A DNA stretch of 64,000 nucleotides from Torpedo marmorata (GCA_977017645.1 OZ360224.1:177940001-178004000); one strand, 5' to 3'. Positions 34,604 through 48,358 are shown, counted from the first letter of the stretch. Notes: generated by a model not told the origin, from the letters alone. Translations and numbers: made by a program.

Positions 34604-37464
34604 GTGAACGGAAGAACATCTTTAGTACAATTGTCTGCTTTATTGAGAGAATATGGGGAAATATCTGGATATAAGAGTAATTCTGATAAAAGTGAAATTA
34701 TGGCATTAACGCAAGGGGATTATAGTAAATGTAAAGAAATTACACAATTTAAATGGTCAAAAGAAGGAATTAAATATTTGGGAATAAAGATTGATACAAA
34801 ATTGGCTAATTTATATAAATTAAATTATTTACCATTGTTTATGAAAATTAAAAAAGATTTAGAAAATTGGAAAGGTTTACCTATAACTTTAATGGGAAGG
34901 GTAAATTGTATTAAAATGAATGTTTTTCCAAGAATTCAATATCTTTTTCAATCAATTCCTTATGAAATTCCTCAAAAAATTTTTAAAGATTTAAATTCAA
35001 TTATTAGGAAGTTTTTATGGAAAGGAAAGTTGGCAAGAGTAGGTATAGAAAAATTAACTTGGAATTATGAAATGGGTGGTTTACAACTTCCTAATTTTCA
35101 AAATTATTATAAAGCAGCTGTTACATAATCAAACCAGCAACGACAGAAGACGCAATGCAAAAGGGGTAAAATTGAAATTTATATTTATTAAACACAATTA
35201 AACATATAATTTCACAACAATTAACCCCACTATAAACGTCTATAAACACTATTCTTATCTAAAAGGTGTGTGTGTGTGTAAAGCCCAGACCATTACAGTC
35301 TGTGCCCAACCCTTATGTAAAAATGGAAAAACTTTCCCCAAAAACCCCAGGTCAGTCATAAAAAACAAGTCAGTCAAAAAAAAGGATAATACAGTCTACA
35401 AAATTCACTCTCTAAGTTCAGGCTTCAAATTCAGCTCTGTGTCTGGTAGAAGTACTTCTGAATGAACGTTGGAGAGAGACAATGACTGTTTATGCTTACA
35501 AATACTTGTTTTCTTCTCTGATGACGTCCCCTTCTGGTATGTTCATAAGGATTTCAAGTTCAGATCAGTATACCACTGATTTAGGCGTATGCTTGAATCT
35601 CACAGCTAGTCTCGCTGATCTCACGCCTGTTCTCCACAGAAGTTGCTTTTAACTCAGAATTTCTCTGAGATAGGAGGCCATGTGCTATCCTGCCAGTCTT
35701 TTCTCTGACTTGCACAAGCCTGGATTTGGCTGTGTCCTCTAGCCTTTGCAACTTACAACTGTCTGCTTTTTGCAGAGATCTACACCTGCTTTTTGCAAAA
35801 GTGCAACAAATGTATCTGGTCCACAGTCTCTCTCTCTCTGGTCTCTCTCTGTCTGGGTACACCAAAAGTGCAACAATGTATCTTTGTCCACAGCTTGTCT
35901 CTCTCTCTCTGTCTGGGTACACCAAGTCCTGGGGAAGTTAACTCTTTCAGTACCTGGCCCCAGTGTATACTCCAAAAGATTTCATCCTTCCTGCTGACCG
36001 TCCGCAGTCCAAATGGTCAGTCATGGTCCATAACACAGCTCAATTAAAATTTGTTAATGATTTTTTTGATTTAACTAAATCTTCTGCTTGGATTAGAATA
36101 GAATTAAATAATATAGGAGAAGATTCTAAAGAAGAAGTTATTTATAAATGGGATTCTAAATTAATATCAACAAGAAGACAAAATTCTCCTATTCTTAAAC
36201 ATTTGTTAGAAATATGGAACAAGACGGACAAGGAAATAGGAGGAAAAGGAACGATTTCTCCAAAGATGCCTTTATATCAAAATGAACTTATTCCATTTAC
36301 TATTAATAATGAATTATTTAAAATTTGGTTTCAAAAAGGAATTAAGAAAATAAATGACTGTTTTGAAGCTGGGAAATTTATTACTTTTCAAAGAATGAAA
36401 GATAAATTCAATATATTGGATAATACACTTTTTGCTTATTATCAAATTAGAGCATTTTTGGTTGGGAAATTAGGTTATAGTTTGATCTTACCAAGACAGA
36501 ATGAATTAGAATTATTAGTTATTAAAGGAGATGTAAATAAATTTATTTCTCAAATGTATAGATTGTTTCAGAGAAAAATTCCTAAAGTAGGAATTCATAA
36601 ATCAAGATTAAAGTGGGAATTAGATTTGAATGTAACAATAGATGAAAATCATTGGAAAGAATTATGTAAACTAAGTATGACGAAGATTATTAATGTTAGA
36701 TATAGATTAGTACAATACAATTTTTTTCATCAATTATATTTAACACCTAAAAAATTAAAGAAATTTAATCCGACATTATCAGGTTTATGTTTTAGATGTA
36801 ATAAAGAGGAAGGTTCTTTCGAACATTCTACATGGTCTTGTCCAAAGGTTTATGATTTTTGGTTGAAAGTTAAAAAAAGTTTAGATAAAGTATTAAAGAT
36901 TATATTCCCAATGGATCCTATGATATTTTTGTTTGGAGATATTAAAAAACTTAATATTAAGATGAAATTAAATACCGGTATGTATCAAATAGAATTTTTA
37001 CGAATCGCTCCAGCTGTTTCTAAGAAATGCATTGCTATTACTTGGAAATCTGATTTAGATTTAGGATTAGAGAGATGGCATGCAGAACTTCGTTCATGTA
37101 TACCACTTGAAAAAATTACTTATAATTTACGTAATAAATATCATTTCTTTTTTAATATTTGGAGCCCATATATGAAAGTTGTTGGTTTAAGGATTTGAAG
37201 ATCTCTAGACATCGGATCTACTGGCGAACCTAACCTCCATAATAGAATTAGTTTATAGATTTATTTTTTAGATTGACATTCTCCTTACTCTATCCTTTTC
37301 TTTCTTTTTATTTTATTTTTATTTTATATTTTTATTTTATTAGATTAGTAGGGATGGGAGGGTTAGGGAGGGGGGGGTGAAAATATATCACAAGTATTTT
37401 GATAATTTTATATTTTACCTTATGTATTTTGTGATTTAAAATTTTAAATAAAATATTTTTAAAA
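34604..37464 (+). mobile_element. L1-clade LINE, 5'-truncated in the RT domain, interrupted by a solo LTR
   Basis: IKYLGI, GRVNCIKM, GGLQLPNF..YY and zinc-knuckle C-terminus; TSD AAACAAAAAATGGG at 34590-34603 and 37465-37478. Confidence 0.9.
35119..36035 (-). mobile_element. Solo LTR (917 bp), Gypsy/ERV-like
   Basis: Termini TGTTA...TAACA; 4-bp TSD CAGC (35115-35118, 36036-36039); removal restores L1 frame NYYKAAQLKF; minus-strand AATAAA near 35185. Confidence 0.82.
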
Positions 37465-38594
37465 AAACAAAAAATGGGCAATATCTTCAGTTTAAAAAAG
37501 ACTCGGCAGTATTTACAACCAAAAGCTGTCCTGCAAAGTTCTTTTTATTGTCATGTAATAATGCAAAAATGTAATATACACAATATACTTTTGCCTGCCA
37601 TTAAGGGGTGGTAATATTGATGTCATACCCATTCACGTTGCTCATATTTGCAGCCCAAGCACAAATTTGGACAAAGGATCAAATGACAGCAGGTACCCAA
37701 GCACCACCACAGGATTGTCAGCAGGAAGAATCAGAAAGGCTGCCACACCACAAGTAACCAGCAAGTGGCAGCACCAGACCAGTAAACACCTTCTGAAGAC
37801 ACCATGCATTAATTCACCCACTTCCGTTGCATCCACAGCGCCCAGCTCCCCCACCCACCCACCCCTCTCACTCAATACCATGCCATTACTGAACTCATTT
37901 ATATCATCTTAATTTATTCCCCCACATTTGCCGTAGTTCTTACCTCTTTCTGAAATAGCAATCCCATCACTGTCGTGACCATTTGTACAGCAAAAATAAA
38001 CCTACTTTCCCGCATGTAAAAATTGTGATGTTGATTTATATTGTCCAGTTCTAACTTTCAAACTCAACAATGTTCAGAGACGTTACTGAAATTCAAGATT
38101 TCTCCCTCGCTCTCTCTCTGACCGAATCATCAATCTCATTCACCCCTGCCTCTGCACTCCTGCCCTATTAAAGTAAACTTTCCCTGGAACCTGCAAAATA
38201 ACCCATTCGGCTTTTGACACCTTCTAATTCTTCCCTTCGCATGTAAGTAAATGAATCCACTCCTTTTATGCCTTGCAGCTATGGAGGAGGACCACATGCA
38301 AACCACTGCTTCAAGCTACTTCTCAAGGCGGCTGCTGCTGTAAACGACACACCTCCCTCCACCTCCTCTCATTCCCCACCTCCAGGTGCTTGGAGTATCC
38401 CTTGGTAACAAAGCAGTTCATTCAACATCCCGACCTGTCCCTGATCAGACACATCCCAGTATATCAAAGGTCTGAATACTCTCTACCTCTTCATGAGTGC
38501 TGCCTCTTTAAGCCTATCTCTCGGTTTAAAAATAATACCTCAGTGCTTCAAATTCCATTTATATTGGCTGAATTTATTTCCCCATATTCCTTAC

Positions 38595-38693
38595 CTCTTC
38601 TTCCTCTGATCTTTTTAAAGCATCACTGGCAAACTTTACATACTGCATCATGAGGGTAACCAGGGCTGTGTAGCGTGTGCGGAGATCCATGAA
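38595..38693 (-). CDS. DST: Dystonin exon, last shared exon ([33 protein letters not shown])
   Basis: 99 nt, AG/GT; near-identical to human [21 protein letters not shown]. Confidence 0.95.
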
Positions 38694-38814
38694 CTACAGA
38701 GGGATACAAAACGTAACACCAAAGTTACTGCAGCCCACCATTTCTAACTTCCTGTAAATGCAGCTTCAGGTAGATGAGTATTTTAGGACAATCTGTAAGG
38801 AAAGGGTTAAGTTA

Positions 38815-39415
38815 ATTCAGCATGTCCCCAATATCTCTTACCAATTCTTATAGAAACACCAGAGAAAGTATCCTGTCCAGGTGCATCCCAGCTCGGTACA
38901 GAAACTGCTCTGCCCGTGACCGCAAGAAACTGCAGAGAGTTGTGAACACATCTCAGGCCATGACAGAAACCAACCTCCCCTACATCGGGTCCGTGCACAC
39001 CTCCCACTACCTCGGGAAAGCTGCCCATATATTAAAGGACCAACCCCACCCCAGTCCCACTCTCTTCTCCCCCCTTCAGTCAGGCAGAAGGAACATGAGG
39101 TTGAACATGTGAAACTCCATATTCAAGGACAGCTTTCTTTCCTGCTGTTATCAGACTCTGAATGGATGTCCGTTGGTACAGATGATTCCCCTGCACTATT
39201 GTTCAACTGTACTTTTCTCTATAAACTGCACTTTGACCTTGTAACACTACACCCTGCACTCTTTGACTTACTGTAACACCACACCTGGCACTTTTATTTC
39301 AATATTGCTCTACCTGCTGGACCTAAGTATGTGTTAACTTGCCTGGATGGTAAACAAAACAAAGCTTTTCACTGTATCTTGGCACACATGATAATAAACC
39401 ATTCAATTCAATTTC
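38815..39415 (+). mobile_element. Degraded Rex1/Babar-type LINE 3' end
   Basis: ESILSRCI...RKKLQRVVN...ILKDQPHP motifs; aataaa plus (attca)n tail. Confidence 0.7.
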
Positions 39416-39838
39416 TAACTTCCAGCTACTGAGGAAGCCAACGTTAGAAGATTGAGGAAGGCAAATCAACTCCCAGCCTCTGCAACAATCTCTTGTTCTT
39501 CATGTAGAACCAAGCAACAGCACCCATGGTCAGAATCGAACCTGACACCTTGGACGGGTGAAGGAGCCTCACTAAACACTATGCACAGTGCCACCCAGGG
39601 AACCGATCCAAATCCTGTTTGAAAGCTCTCATTGAGCATTTCCACCCTCCTTTGGGCAGTGTCTTGTCTTGGCTGCAAAAGAAATCTTTGTCTTAAACCT
39701 GGATCCCCCTGGATAAGAACCACCCTCAATGGGGAAAAGTGCTCATCATGACCTTTGATGGTTTTGAAATGTTCCACTAAGTTTCCCCTTGACCCTCTCC
39801 ATTTGCAGGATGAGATTAATAAAGTGAATGTCGGCCAC

Positions 39839-39946
39839 CTCTTGTACAATGAGATCTGAAGAACTCTGCATCCTGCGCCGCTTGACTGGGGACTTCTGCT
39901 GGGAGTCGACCATGGCTTTGTAGGTCAACAGCTGAAGCTCATATTC
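39839..39946 (-). CDS. DST: Dystonin exon ([36 protein letters not shown])
   Basis: 108 nt, AG/GT; conserved plakin motif SPVKRRR. Confidence 0.95.
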
Positions 39947-40039
39947 CTGCAATTGGGAAAAAGAGACAACAGTTTACTTTAATCATTCAAGTATTACCAA
40001 CAAAGCCCAGCCAAGAAGCGCCAACAATCCACTGATGAC

Positions 40040-40465
40040 ACTCCAGGTTTTTAGAAAAGCTTACGGGGAGGTTGGATGAGGTGGGTCTTGACTCCCTGAA
40101 GTGACGGAGACTGAGGGGAGTTCTGTCAGAGGTTTACAAAGTCATGAGGGGCGTGGAGAAAGTGGATGCTCAGTCTTCATTCTAGGGTCGATGATCCTCG
40201 AACTATGGGGGCATAGGTTTAAGGTGAGAGAGGAGAATTTAGGAGGGACCTGAGAGGCAATATTTTCATTCAGAGGATGGTCCGTATCTGGAACGAGCTG
40301 CCAGATGAAATGGTAAAAGCGCGAAGAAAAACAACATTCAATCATGGATAGGAAGGGCTCAGAGGGATAATGCAGGCAAATGTGACTAGTCCTCAACGCC
40401 TACTTGATCATCATAGTCAAGTTGGGTTGAAGGGCCTGTTCTATGCTGTATGTCTCTATGACTTT
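40040..40465 (+). mobile_element. Degraded CR1 3' end
   Basis: RRLRG..EVYKVMRG and WNELP remnants; tail gggcctgttctatgctgtatgtctctatg. Confidence 0.75.
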
Positions 40466-41394
40466 ACAGACAACAGAGCTCAGAGTCTTAATTCATTCTT
40501 CAACATTCAGTGAGTGGTGGCCGTGCCTCACTGGTCAGCTCTGGCTTCAGTAACTACAACCTGCAACAGAGAGATGAGCACTCGATTCATGCTGAGAGTC
40601 CAGGGCTCTCATGGGGAAATGCTCCAATCACGAGGGGGCCATGCAGATGTTCACACTGCTCCTTCTTCAGTGAGATCGTAGCTCCCACCTGCCTCAGTTC
40701 CATCCACCAGCCATCGCACCATCTGCCTGGAGTCCACAGCCTTTCGGAGTGGGATTGGAGGAAAGTGAGCTCCACGTTTCACCTACTTTGGTGTGGAAGA
40801 TGCTCCCCGCCATTTCTCCTGAATAGGTCAGTTCTGATCTTTACGGTGAGCTGTTGTTCATTTTTTATCCTAGTTCACAATCTACTACCAGAGGGAACTG
40901 CAACAATCTCATTGATTCCTTTTGACATGTGGAACCCTCAAACCTTTTCTCCATAAAGAAGCACCACCCAACTTACCCATCTTCGATTTCAACCTGTTCA
41001 TTCTGGTCTCATCCTCTTTAATCTGCACTGTATCCCCTTAGGGTCAATCTATCTCTCAGGGACGAGATCCTGACTAAACTCTGATAACAGACCACATTCA
41101 ATAACCGTTCAGTACCAGCATTCATCAGTGAGGTTCATGAAGACTGCTATATATTTCAGAACCTTGACGGGTACAGTGATAAACATTTAACCAAGCTGCT
41201 CAGGGAAGGTTTTGGAAGTCTTCACCACTAAACTGACACTACCATAATGTCCAGACATGATCAAACCTTTTCAATTAATTTTACCCCTTGCGTTTTCCCC
41301 TTAATTCTGCTCAGTTTTCCCCTCTCCTGTTTCCTTTTCAGTGTTACTGCTGACAGTGGACACACATCCTTCTCAGCAATGCATGCCAGATCAA

Positions 41395-41690
41395 AACAAC
41401 TTGCTGAGTAATCCTGCAGATGAGGGTGGTGCTGTTGTGGTCTGGCGCACTGACCTCTACCTTGCCGAGGAAAGACGACAGCTCGCAGACACCTCCTCTT
41501 ACTTACCCCTTGAACAGGACCCCACTAATTAACATCAGGCCACCGTCTCCCACACCAACACTGAAAAGGGCTCAGGCCTGAAACATTGGTTACCCTTTAC
41601 TTCCTCTGAATGCTGCGTGACCTGCTGAGTTTCTCCAGCACATTTGTGCATTGCACTCAACCCCAGCATCTACAGACTTTCTTGTTTAAC
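41395..41690 (+). mobile_element. Penelope-like element fragment (RT start fused to terminal repeat)
   Basis: PADEGGAVVVWRTDLYLAE..RQL.DTSSY; tgctgcgtgacctgctgagtttctccagca end. Confidence 0.75.
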
Positions 41691-41859
41691 TTGCTGAGCA
41701 AAGGAATGTCTCATCTTCCCCTTTTCCAATTGTGTTAAATCTGTTAATACTGCTTAACCAAATGTTGATTCTTTTCTTATTCTATCAGAACTATTCAAGA
41801 TTTAAATTATCATTTTACATCCTGTGAAAATAAATGAATCCACTTGACCCCAACCTCAC

Positions 41860-41943
41860 CTTTACAGTGGAAGAATATTCTTCGGAGTACTTCTGACATT
41901 CATCCATTTTCCCCTGCTTCAGTTCAACCTCAGAAGTCAACAT
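41860..41943 (-). CDS. DST: Dystonin exon ([28 protein letters not shown])
   Basis: 84 nt, cag|ATG...AAG|gtgag. Confidence 0.93.
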
Positions 41944-42609
41944 CTGCAAAAACAAGGACACGAACTCAACTGTGGCCAGCTGCCAATCACATATTTCCTT
42001 CCCATCCCACTGAACGAATCCATCTGAAATGATTCCACATCTTCAGGACTGATTGATCTTTTAACTCGTTTATTTCACAGGTTTGTTCAATGCTCAGGTG
42101 CGTAATTCGCAATGTTATCTGAGCTGGTCAGCTCTCTTTCAGTCCTGGACGCACACTCGTGGATTAGTCAGGGGCACTTTGCGCAGTGGTCAGTTTCTCC
42201 CGTGCAGAGAGCTTGGAGTTGTGAGCATTGAATGGAGTGTACTATGATGTGAGCAAGTATTGCAAGTGAATCTCTGCTTGCTCAGTCATAGCGTGAGAGT
42301 TCGAGCCTGCTCGCATGATCTGTCCCATGTGACCCAACCTCATTCGTGTCACATTCAATTCCAACAGTCTGAAGCGGAGGAAAGTACCTTTCAGAAAGTG
42401 GATTGTTTCGTGAATTTATCACCCTCACACAGATCGGCAGCACGTCCAAGGTTATTGTGTTCATGGTGAAGGTCAGGTTGGGTGGGTCTGGTCTGGATAA
42501 GATAGTGAATTCTTGGACAGTGGTCATATTTGGGTTGGCCATAGTAAGCCAAGGTTTCAATTCTGCACCCAAGCTGACCTCCAGCGCAAATCGTTAAAGA
42601 GCCTATTAC

Positions 42610-42772
42610 CTTTTGTTGGTGGAGTTCGTCGGCAAGAGCTCGGATATCTTCTGGCTGGCGCTCTTGCATCCTCTGTTGGGTGGCCTCCATTTCTTGGATC
42701 CACTGGTCAAGGTCTTTGTGACAGTCTCTGTACCAGTGGAGGGACATGCTGATTCCCTCAAGCTCATGCAAT
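42610..42772 (-). CDS. DST: Dystonin exon (LHELEGISMSLHWYRD...LHQQK)
   Basis: 163 nt, AG/GT, phases fit. Confidence 0.93.
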
Positions 42773-42979
42773 CTGAAAGCAGAGAGGACAAGCTTTAGGT
42801 TTGTCCCACAGCACCAATCTATCTGGGTCCCAACACCATAACTCCAGCTAAGCAATTGTCTTTTATTCTAATGTACAACACGATACACTACATCTTTAAA
42901 GGAGGACCTTCTTAGTTCCTTCAAATCTACCTTTCTCATTTCCAGTGTTTTCTGATTGCCATCCACTGTTAATCTCAAA

Positions 42980-43210
42980 TTTATAAATTTAGACTCACAG
43001 CATGGTAACAGGCCCTTTTGGCCCACGAGCCCGTGCCACCCAATTATACCCAATTGACCTACAACCCCGGTACGTTTTGAGCAGTGGGAGGAAACCGGAG
43101 AACCCACGCAGACACTGGGAGAACGTACAAACTCCTTACAGACAGCACGGGATTCGAACCCTGGTCCCGATCGCTGGCGCTGTAACAGCATTGCGCTAAC
43201 CGTGCCACCC
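42980..43210 (-). mobile_element. V-SINE (HE1-like)
   Basis: Reverse complement of the 11875 family. Confidence 0.85.
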
Positions 43211-44663
43211 ATGTCTCTCCTAATCCAAGAGGACCTGGAAGACTCAAATTGGTCCATTCTGGAAATGTTCTCCCACTTTGGACAAATCTTCACTTACCTC
43301 CTCTTGCTGGTTTGAGGAACTCACCACAGATCCAGGGGGTTAAGCCCCAGTCTGGGATATCTAGACTGATTGAGGAAGGAATACTGGGGCAACACAGCAC
43401 ATAAGCCTTCACGTTCAGCCAAAAGAAGGCCTACGTCTTCTGAGATAGGCGTTAAAGATTTTATAATACTACCTGAACAAGAGCAGGTGTGTTCTCACCA
43501 ATCTCCAGATAATTTCCATGTTAGTGCCACAGGCAAAGGCATTTGGCCTATCAAATCCATGCAATCTGATAACATGTTAAATCACCTCATCTCATTTTCC
43601 AGCTCCTTTTCTATAGGTTATGGGGCATTAATTGCTCATCTAAGTATCTTAATGGCAGATTCGTTATTTTATCATCCTAGTATCCTGTCCCTGGACTGCT
43701 GACTGGGGAAATGAATTTGAATCCATTCACAACTCCGGAATTTAGACCTTGTGAATACAAGAACCATCTGCTGTCCTTATCCATCCTGGGAAATGTACAA
43801 CTCCAGGCCCACCAATGAAGGGAAATGGTCAAGCAAGCCAACACAGTTCAGGGTCAATTAAAGGTGGATTTACCTGTGAAATCCATAGAATAGATTGGAA
43901 TAAAACCTATCACCCTTTCAGCCAAGGAAGCTGATGAGTCTGTGTGAAAAAAGTATTCCTCAACACCCTCTAATCCTTCCATTCAAATCCTTGTACCCCC
44001 CCTCCCCCCAGTCATTAACCTCTTTGCTTTGGGAATTAGTTCTCCGTTGCCCATTCCATCAAGGCCTCTCAATTCCACTTGCACCTTCAATTTCCAGATT
44101 AAAATCCTACTCCATCTTCCTTCAGTCCTGTCCCCTTCAGTACTATCCCCATACTTCTGCACCTCCCCTGTACCCTCTCATGACATCTCATTCTTCCAGA
44201 GAGATGCTGACCAGAACCATACCCAAGCTCTGTCCTAATCAAGGGATATGGCTCAGCTTGATCTTGCTGCTCGTACTCCACCCATGTCAAGAAAGGAAAA
44301 AGAAATCCCATGTCTGTTATTTCTATCCTATCCCCTTCAGGAATCTATGGACAGGCACCAAAATCAGTTTGTTCCCTGACATTACTGGGGCCATTTGTGT
44401 CTCAGATGAATTACCGTAAATGTTGTGCTCCCTGCATTAATTGGAAAAGGCTCTGAGCCACAAAAAATAGTTGTATTGACACAAGTCTTGCTCATCATCC
44501 CCAAGGTTGCACTGGGTTGTCTTAACATTGGCACAGAGCAGTTACCCTGCAGAATATTATCATTTTCAATCAATAACAAGGAACCTACATGCTAAATCCA
44601 TTGAACAGGTGGGAGCTTTTTGCCATAACACTGCCAATTTTATCTGTTACAACCAGTACAGAC

Positions 44664-44857
44664 CTGTTGTCAATTTGGGAGCGAATGCTCTCCCATCTCT
44701 CAGCCAACTGAACTGCCTTCTCTTTGTGCCAATCCATGTCCATGTCACGCTCATTGTGGGCTCTCAGCATCCGCTCACTGATGGCCTTGCCTTTCTGCAG
44801 TTCGTCTTCGAGTGAGTGGAAGACTTCCCGTTTCTCGTCCACTTCAGCCCGCCATTG
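44664..44857 (-). CDS. DST: Dystonin exon ([22 protein letters not shown]...QIDN)
   Basis: 194 nt; resembles human [22 protein letters not shown]. Confidence 0.94.
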
Positions 44858-45423
44858 CTGTTCAGGAGTTAAGTGCAGTAGCAGTGAGTATGTATAAAGT
44901 GTGGGGGGGGGGGGGGAGACAAATGGGATGACATAATTTAAATTATCATTCACTCAAGTGATGTGGGCTCCGCAGAATATAATTGCCCATCCTTAATTGC
45001 CCTTGACAAAGTGATGGTGGTGAGCTTGAACTGCTGCAGTCCTTGAGGTGTGGGCTGACTCACAATACTGTTAGCGAAAGAGTTCTACGATTTTGAAGGT
45101 GAAGGAACCGTGATGTATTTCCAAGTCAGGTCGGTGTGTGGCTTTAAATTATGGATGTGTTTGAAACAGTAGAACTGGGGGAAGATACCATCTGTGGCGA
45201 GTCCAAAACAAGGATCCATAAGACAGTCCAAGAAGGAATTTAGGAAAAATCATTTCACCCAAAGAGAAGGAAGAACATGATGGATAAACTCCAAAAGATG
45301 AGATTTGCTGGAATCAGATAAAGCTGGGGGAAGTTCCTGCATCATGGACTAATGAAATCTGGTGATATGTTATTATATGATTTTTTTTTCCAAATGTTAG
45401 GATAGAATAAAACTCTATGTTAC

Positions 45424-45562
45424 CTTCAGTGTACTCTGCAGAGATTGAATAGCTTCTGGGTCAGGTGGCACTGCATCTTCTCCTCCAAGTTTCGTCTCAT
45501 ACTGTTTAACAAGCGCCTCGGCTTCCTGGGTGTTTTTAACAATCAAGTTGACAGTCTTCAAC
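45424..45562 (-). CDS. DST: Dystonin exon ([25 protein letters not shown]...STLK)
   Basis: 139 nt, AG/GT, phases fit. Confidence 0.94.
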
Positions 45563-45957
45563 CTGCAGTTGGAAACAAGGCTCATTTTAAGCCCCTTCTG
45601 TAAACAGTTGTAAACACATCAGCCCCATGAGTTCTTCAAAGATCACTATTTACAGGACCCTTCTTTACCCAGCATGCAAAGAGGGAGAGAAACCGCTCTA
45701 CCTCTGGGATGGAAAGCATACATGGCTTTCTCCAGAGATGGATGGGGATCCATACCACTATGGATACTGGGTGAAAACTCCCAATTACCACTTATTTATT
45801 TAAAAACTGTTTATGCAATGACTTTTACAAAGATGCAGGTGTCTGCAAAATAAAGAACAGAATGCAGTACAAAGTGTCCATGATTTACAGGTTTCATTAA
45901 ATTCAAAATGAAAAAAAGGACAAATTATTGCATAATATTTGCCACTTGAACCCTTAC

Positions 45958-46133
45958 TTTTCCAAGTAAATGGAAGAGAGCGAGTAGACTTGATTGAGAT
46001 TCTGCAGCACCACGCTGAGCTCCGTCCTTAGGGTCAAAGCTGATGGTGAGGAGGTTTGACTACAGAACTGGTCACACTTCACAGTTACTTTCTCCAGATC
46101 CACAACAAGCTCCTCCAGCTCACTCTTTAGCTT
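45958..46133 (-). CDS. DST: Dystonin exon (KLKSELEEL...LQNLNQVYSLSSIYLE)
   Basis: 176 nt, AG/GT, phases fit. Confidence 0.94.
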
Positions 46134-46267
46134 CTGGTGAGAGAACGATGTAAATGCAATCAGTCCAGTGTGGTGACCCATATTTTACAGTGCTAGATTA
46201 ATCATCCACAGATCACAAGTTCAAATCCCTGCTGATATTTGGTGGAATCAGTAAGTGATAATATTAG

Positions 46268-46630
46268 AACACAGAGCAACACAGCACAGTACAGGCCCTC
46301 CAGCCCAGAATATGCCGACCCACATAAACTCACTCCACACTCAATCTAACCCTTTCCTTGCTCAGTCCATAACCCTCCATTTTTCTTACATCCATGTGCC
46401 TATCTAAGGGTCTCTTAAATGTCCTTATTGTATCAGCCTCGACAATGCATTCCAGGTACCCACAACTCTCTGTAAAAAACCTATTTCTGACATCTTCCCT
46501 AAACTTTCCTCCACTTACCCTAAACACTGGCTGCCACCCGATCAATGCCCCTTCTATTTTTATACACCTCTATTGAGTCACCTCTCATCCTCCGTTGTTC
46601 CAAAGAGAAAAACCCTAGCTTGCTCAACCT
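46268..46630 (-). mobile_element. Degraded CR1 3' end
   Basis: RFFT..VEADTI.TFKRPLDRHM..MEGYG translation. Confidence 0.75.
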
Positions 46631-46957
46631 TTCTTCGAGATAATATTGGATTGCTGTACAAACCCAATTTATTTACCGTACTTTGAGGAAGAAAACCTGC
46701 CTTCCTTACCCATGTGAATCACAACCTCTGCTCTCTCATAAGCTATACTTTAGTATTATGTCCATTTGGAATGGTTTATAAATGCTGTCCTCAATATTGA
46801 GGCCCTTTATGACTTATGATCAGGTCAGCCTTGAACATTGTGTAGAACGTAAAAAGAGTAAAATTAAAATTTAGAACAAAACAGCAACTCTGATGTTTCC
46901 TGAAATATTAATCTCGTGCTAGGATTTCAAACAGTCTCAAGAACTTCTCAAACTGAC

Positions 46958-47115
46958 CTCCTGCTCAGAGATTCTTTGCACACTTTCCTGCAGGTCATCC
47001 CGTTCGAGGGGAGTGCGGATCTGACAGATCAGGCGCTTCTCACAGTTCTCCGTGCGCAGTCGAATGGCCCGCACCTCGGAGATGAACAAGTTGCACGCCG
47101 ACTCCTCTTGCTCCT
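46958..47115 (-). CDS. DST: Dystonin exon ([20 protein letters not shown]...[18 protein letters not shown])
   Basis: 158 nt, AG/GT, phases fit. Confidence 0.94.
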
Positions 47116-48358
47116 CTGGTTTAGCGGGAAGGACAAAACATTCAATGCTTGATTTGCAGTTGCAAGCAGTGTTTTCCGCACCTTTAAATTTGTTCCTTTC
47201 CCTTTACAATTAAATGTTAGGATCCACTCTCCTCTCCCTCCTTCGCCAGAACCACATCCGGGTCTTTCTCAGTCCTGTTACACAGCCCCCCTCAGCAGCG
47301 GCACCATTTGGTCCACCCCAACCACAGAGTGGTGGAGAGGCTAAGGGTTGACTGAGGGGGAGGAGGAGGAAGTTTTGGGTTTTGTTTTACAGACCAGCCA
47401 GTTTTCCTATCACTGTCGAAAATAGTGGTTCATGTGAAATAGGAGGACATTCAAAATGTATTCCAAATGCTGCGTCTGGGATTTACATATGACCTGTTCC
47501 CCTCCCCACACCCCCCCCCCCCCGCCCCCACATAGCACAGACTCCGCGAATGGCTCCAGAGTTTCTGCCAAAGATCCTTCAGGATCTCAGCAGCATTTTG
47601 ACCCTGTCCCCACATCATTACTCTGCATTGTCCTGAGCTAAGAGAGCACTGGTGACTGGAGGACTGCACTCAGAGGGAGATTGATTTAGAAAGGAGGCAT
47701 TCAAAGATTAATCACTTTGCCAAGAATGAAGTGTCATATTCACCGGGGGTGGGGGTTAGGTCAGGAAGATGCAAGGGACCTACTCCTGCCATTAATGGTG
47801 AGGGCCGGGGTGACCCACTTAACTGCCCCCATCCCATGGACACTGCTTAACAACACTTCACGCCCCAGCTGTCGGCAGAGCAAGTTCATGGCAGATTCAA
47901 TGGAGGTTAGCAAGGGTGTCAAAAGTTACTGGGAGAAGGCAGGAGAATGGGGTTGAAAGGAAAAATACATCAGCCATGATTCCAATGGCGGAGCAGATGT
48001 ATTGGCTGTCTGGACTGATTCTACCACTACATCTTACGGTCTTTGGTGCTCAAAATCCAGAGAGGTTTTGATTGAGTAAACAAGGAGAAACTATTTTCAG
48101 AGGACGCAGATTTATGGCAATCAGTGAAGGGGCGAGGTGCCATGAGAGGAGATTTTTCACCTTAATATAGGGAAGTCTGGAATGTGCTGCTTGAGTTGAG
48201 AAAGCAGATTCACGGGAGAATGGATACGTGCATGAGAAGTGAATGCTTGAGCCACCACAGTAAAGACCATAGGAATCACTTGGATTGTGCGATCAAAGAT
48301 TACAAAAATGTGATGGATCAAATCAGCTCCATGATGGATGCCTCTGTGATTTTCTTAC

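Noticed and set aside
35963-37198. 411-aa novel gene
   Set aside because: Chimera of LTR sequence and the L1 ORF2 C-terminal region
38464-38512. LKRQHS*RGREYSDL* resembles the start of the human BP230 rod exon
   Set aside because: Short, contains stops, and the true rod start is accounted for at 31488; probably chance
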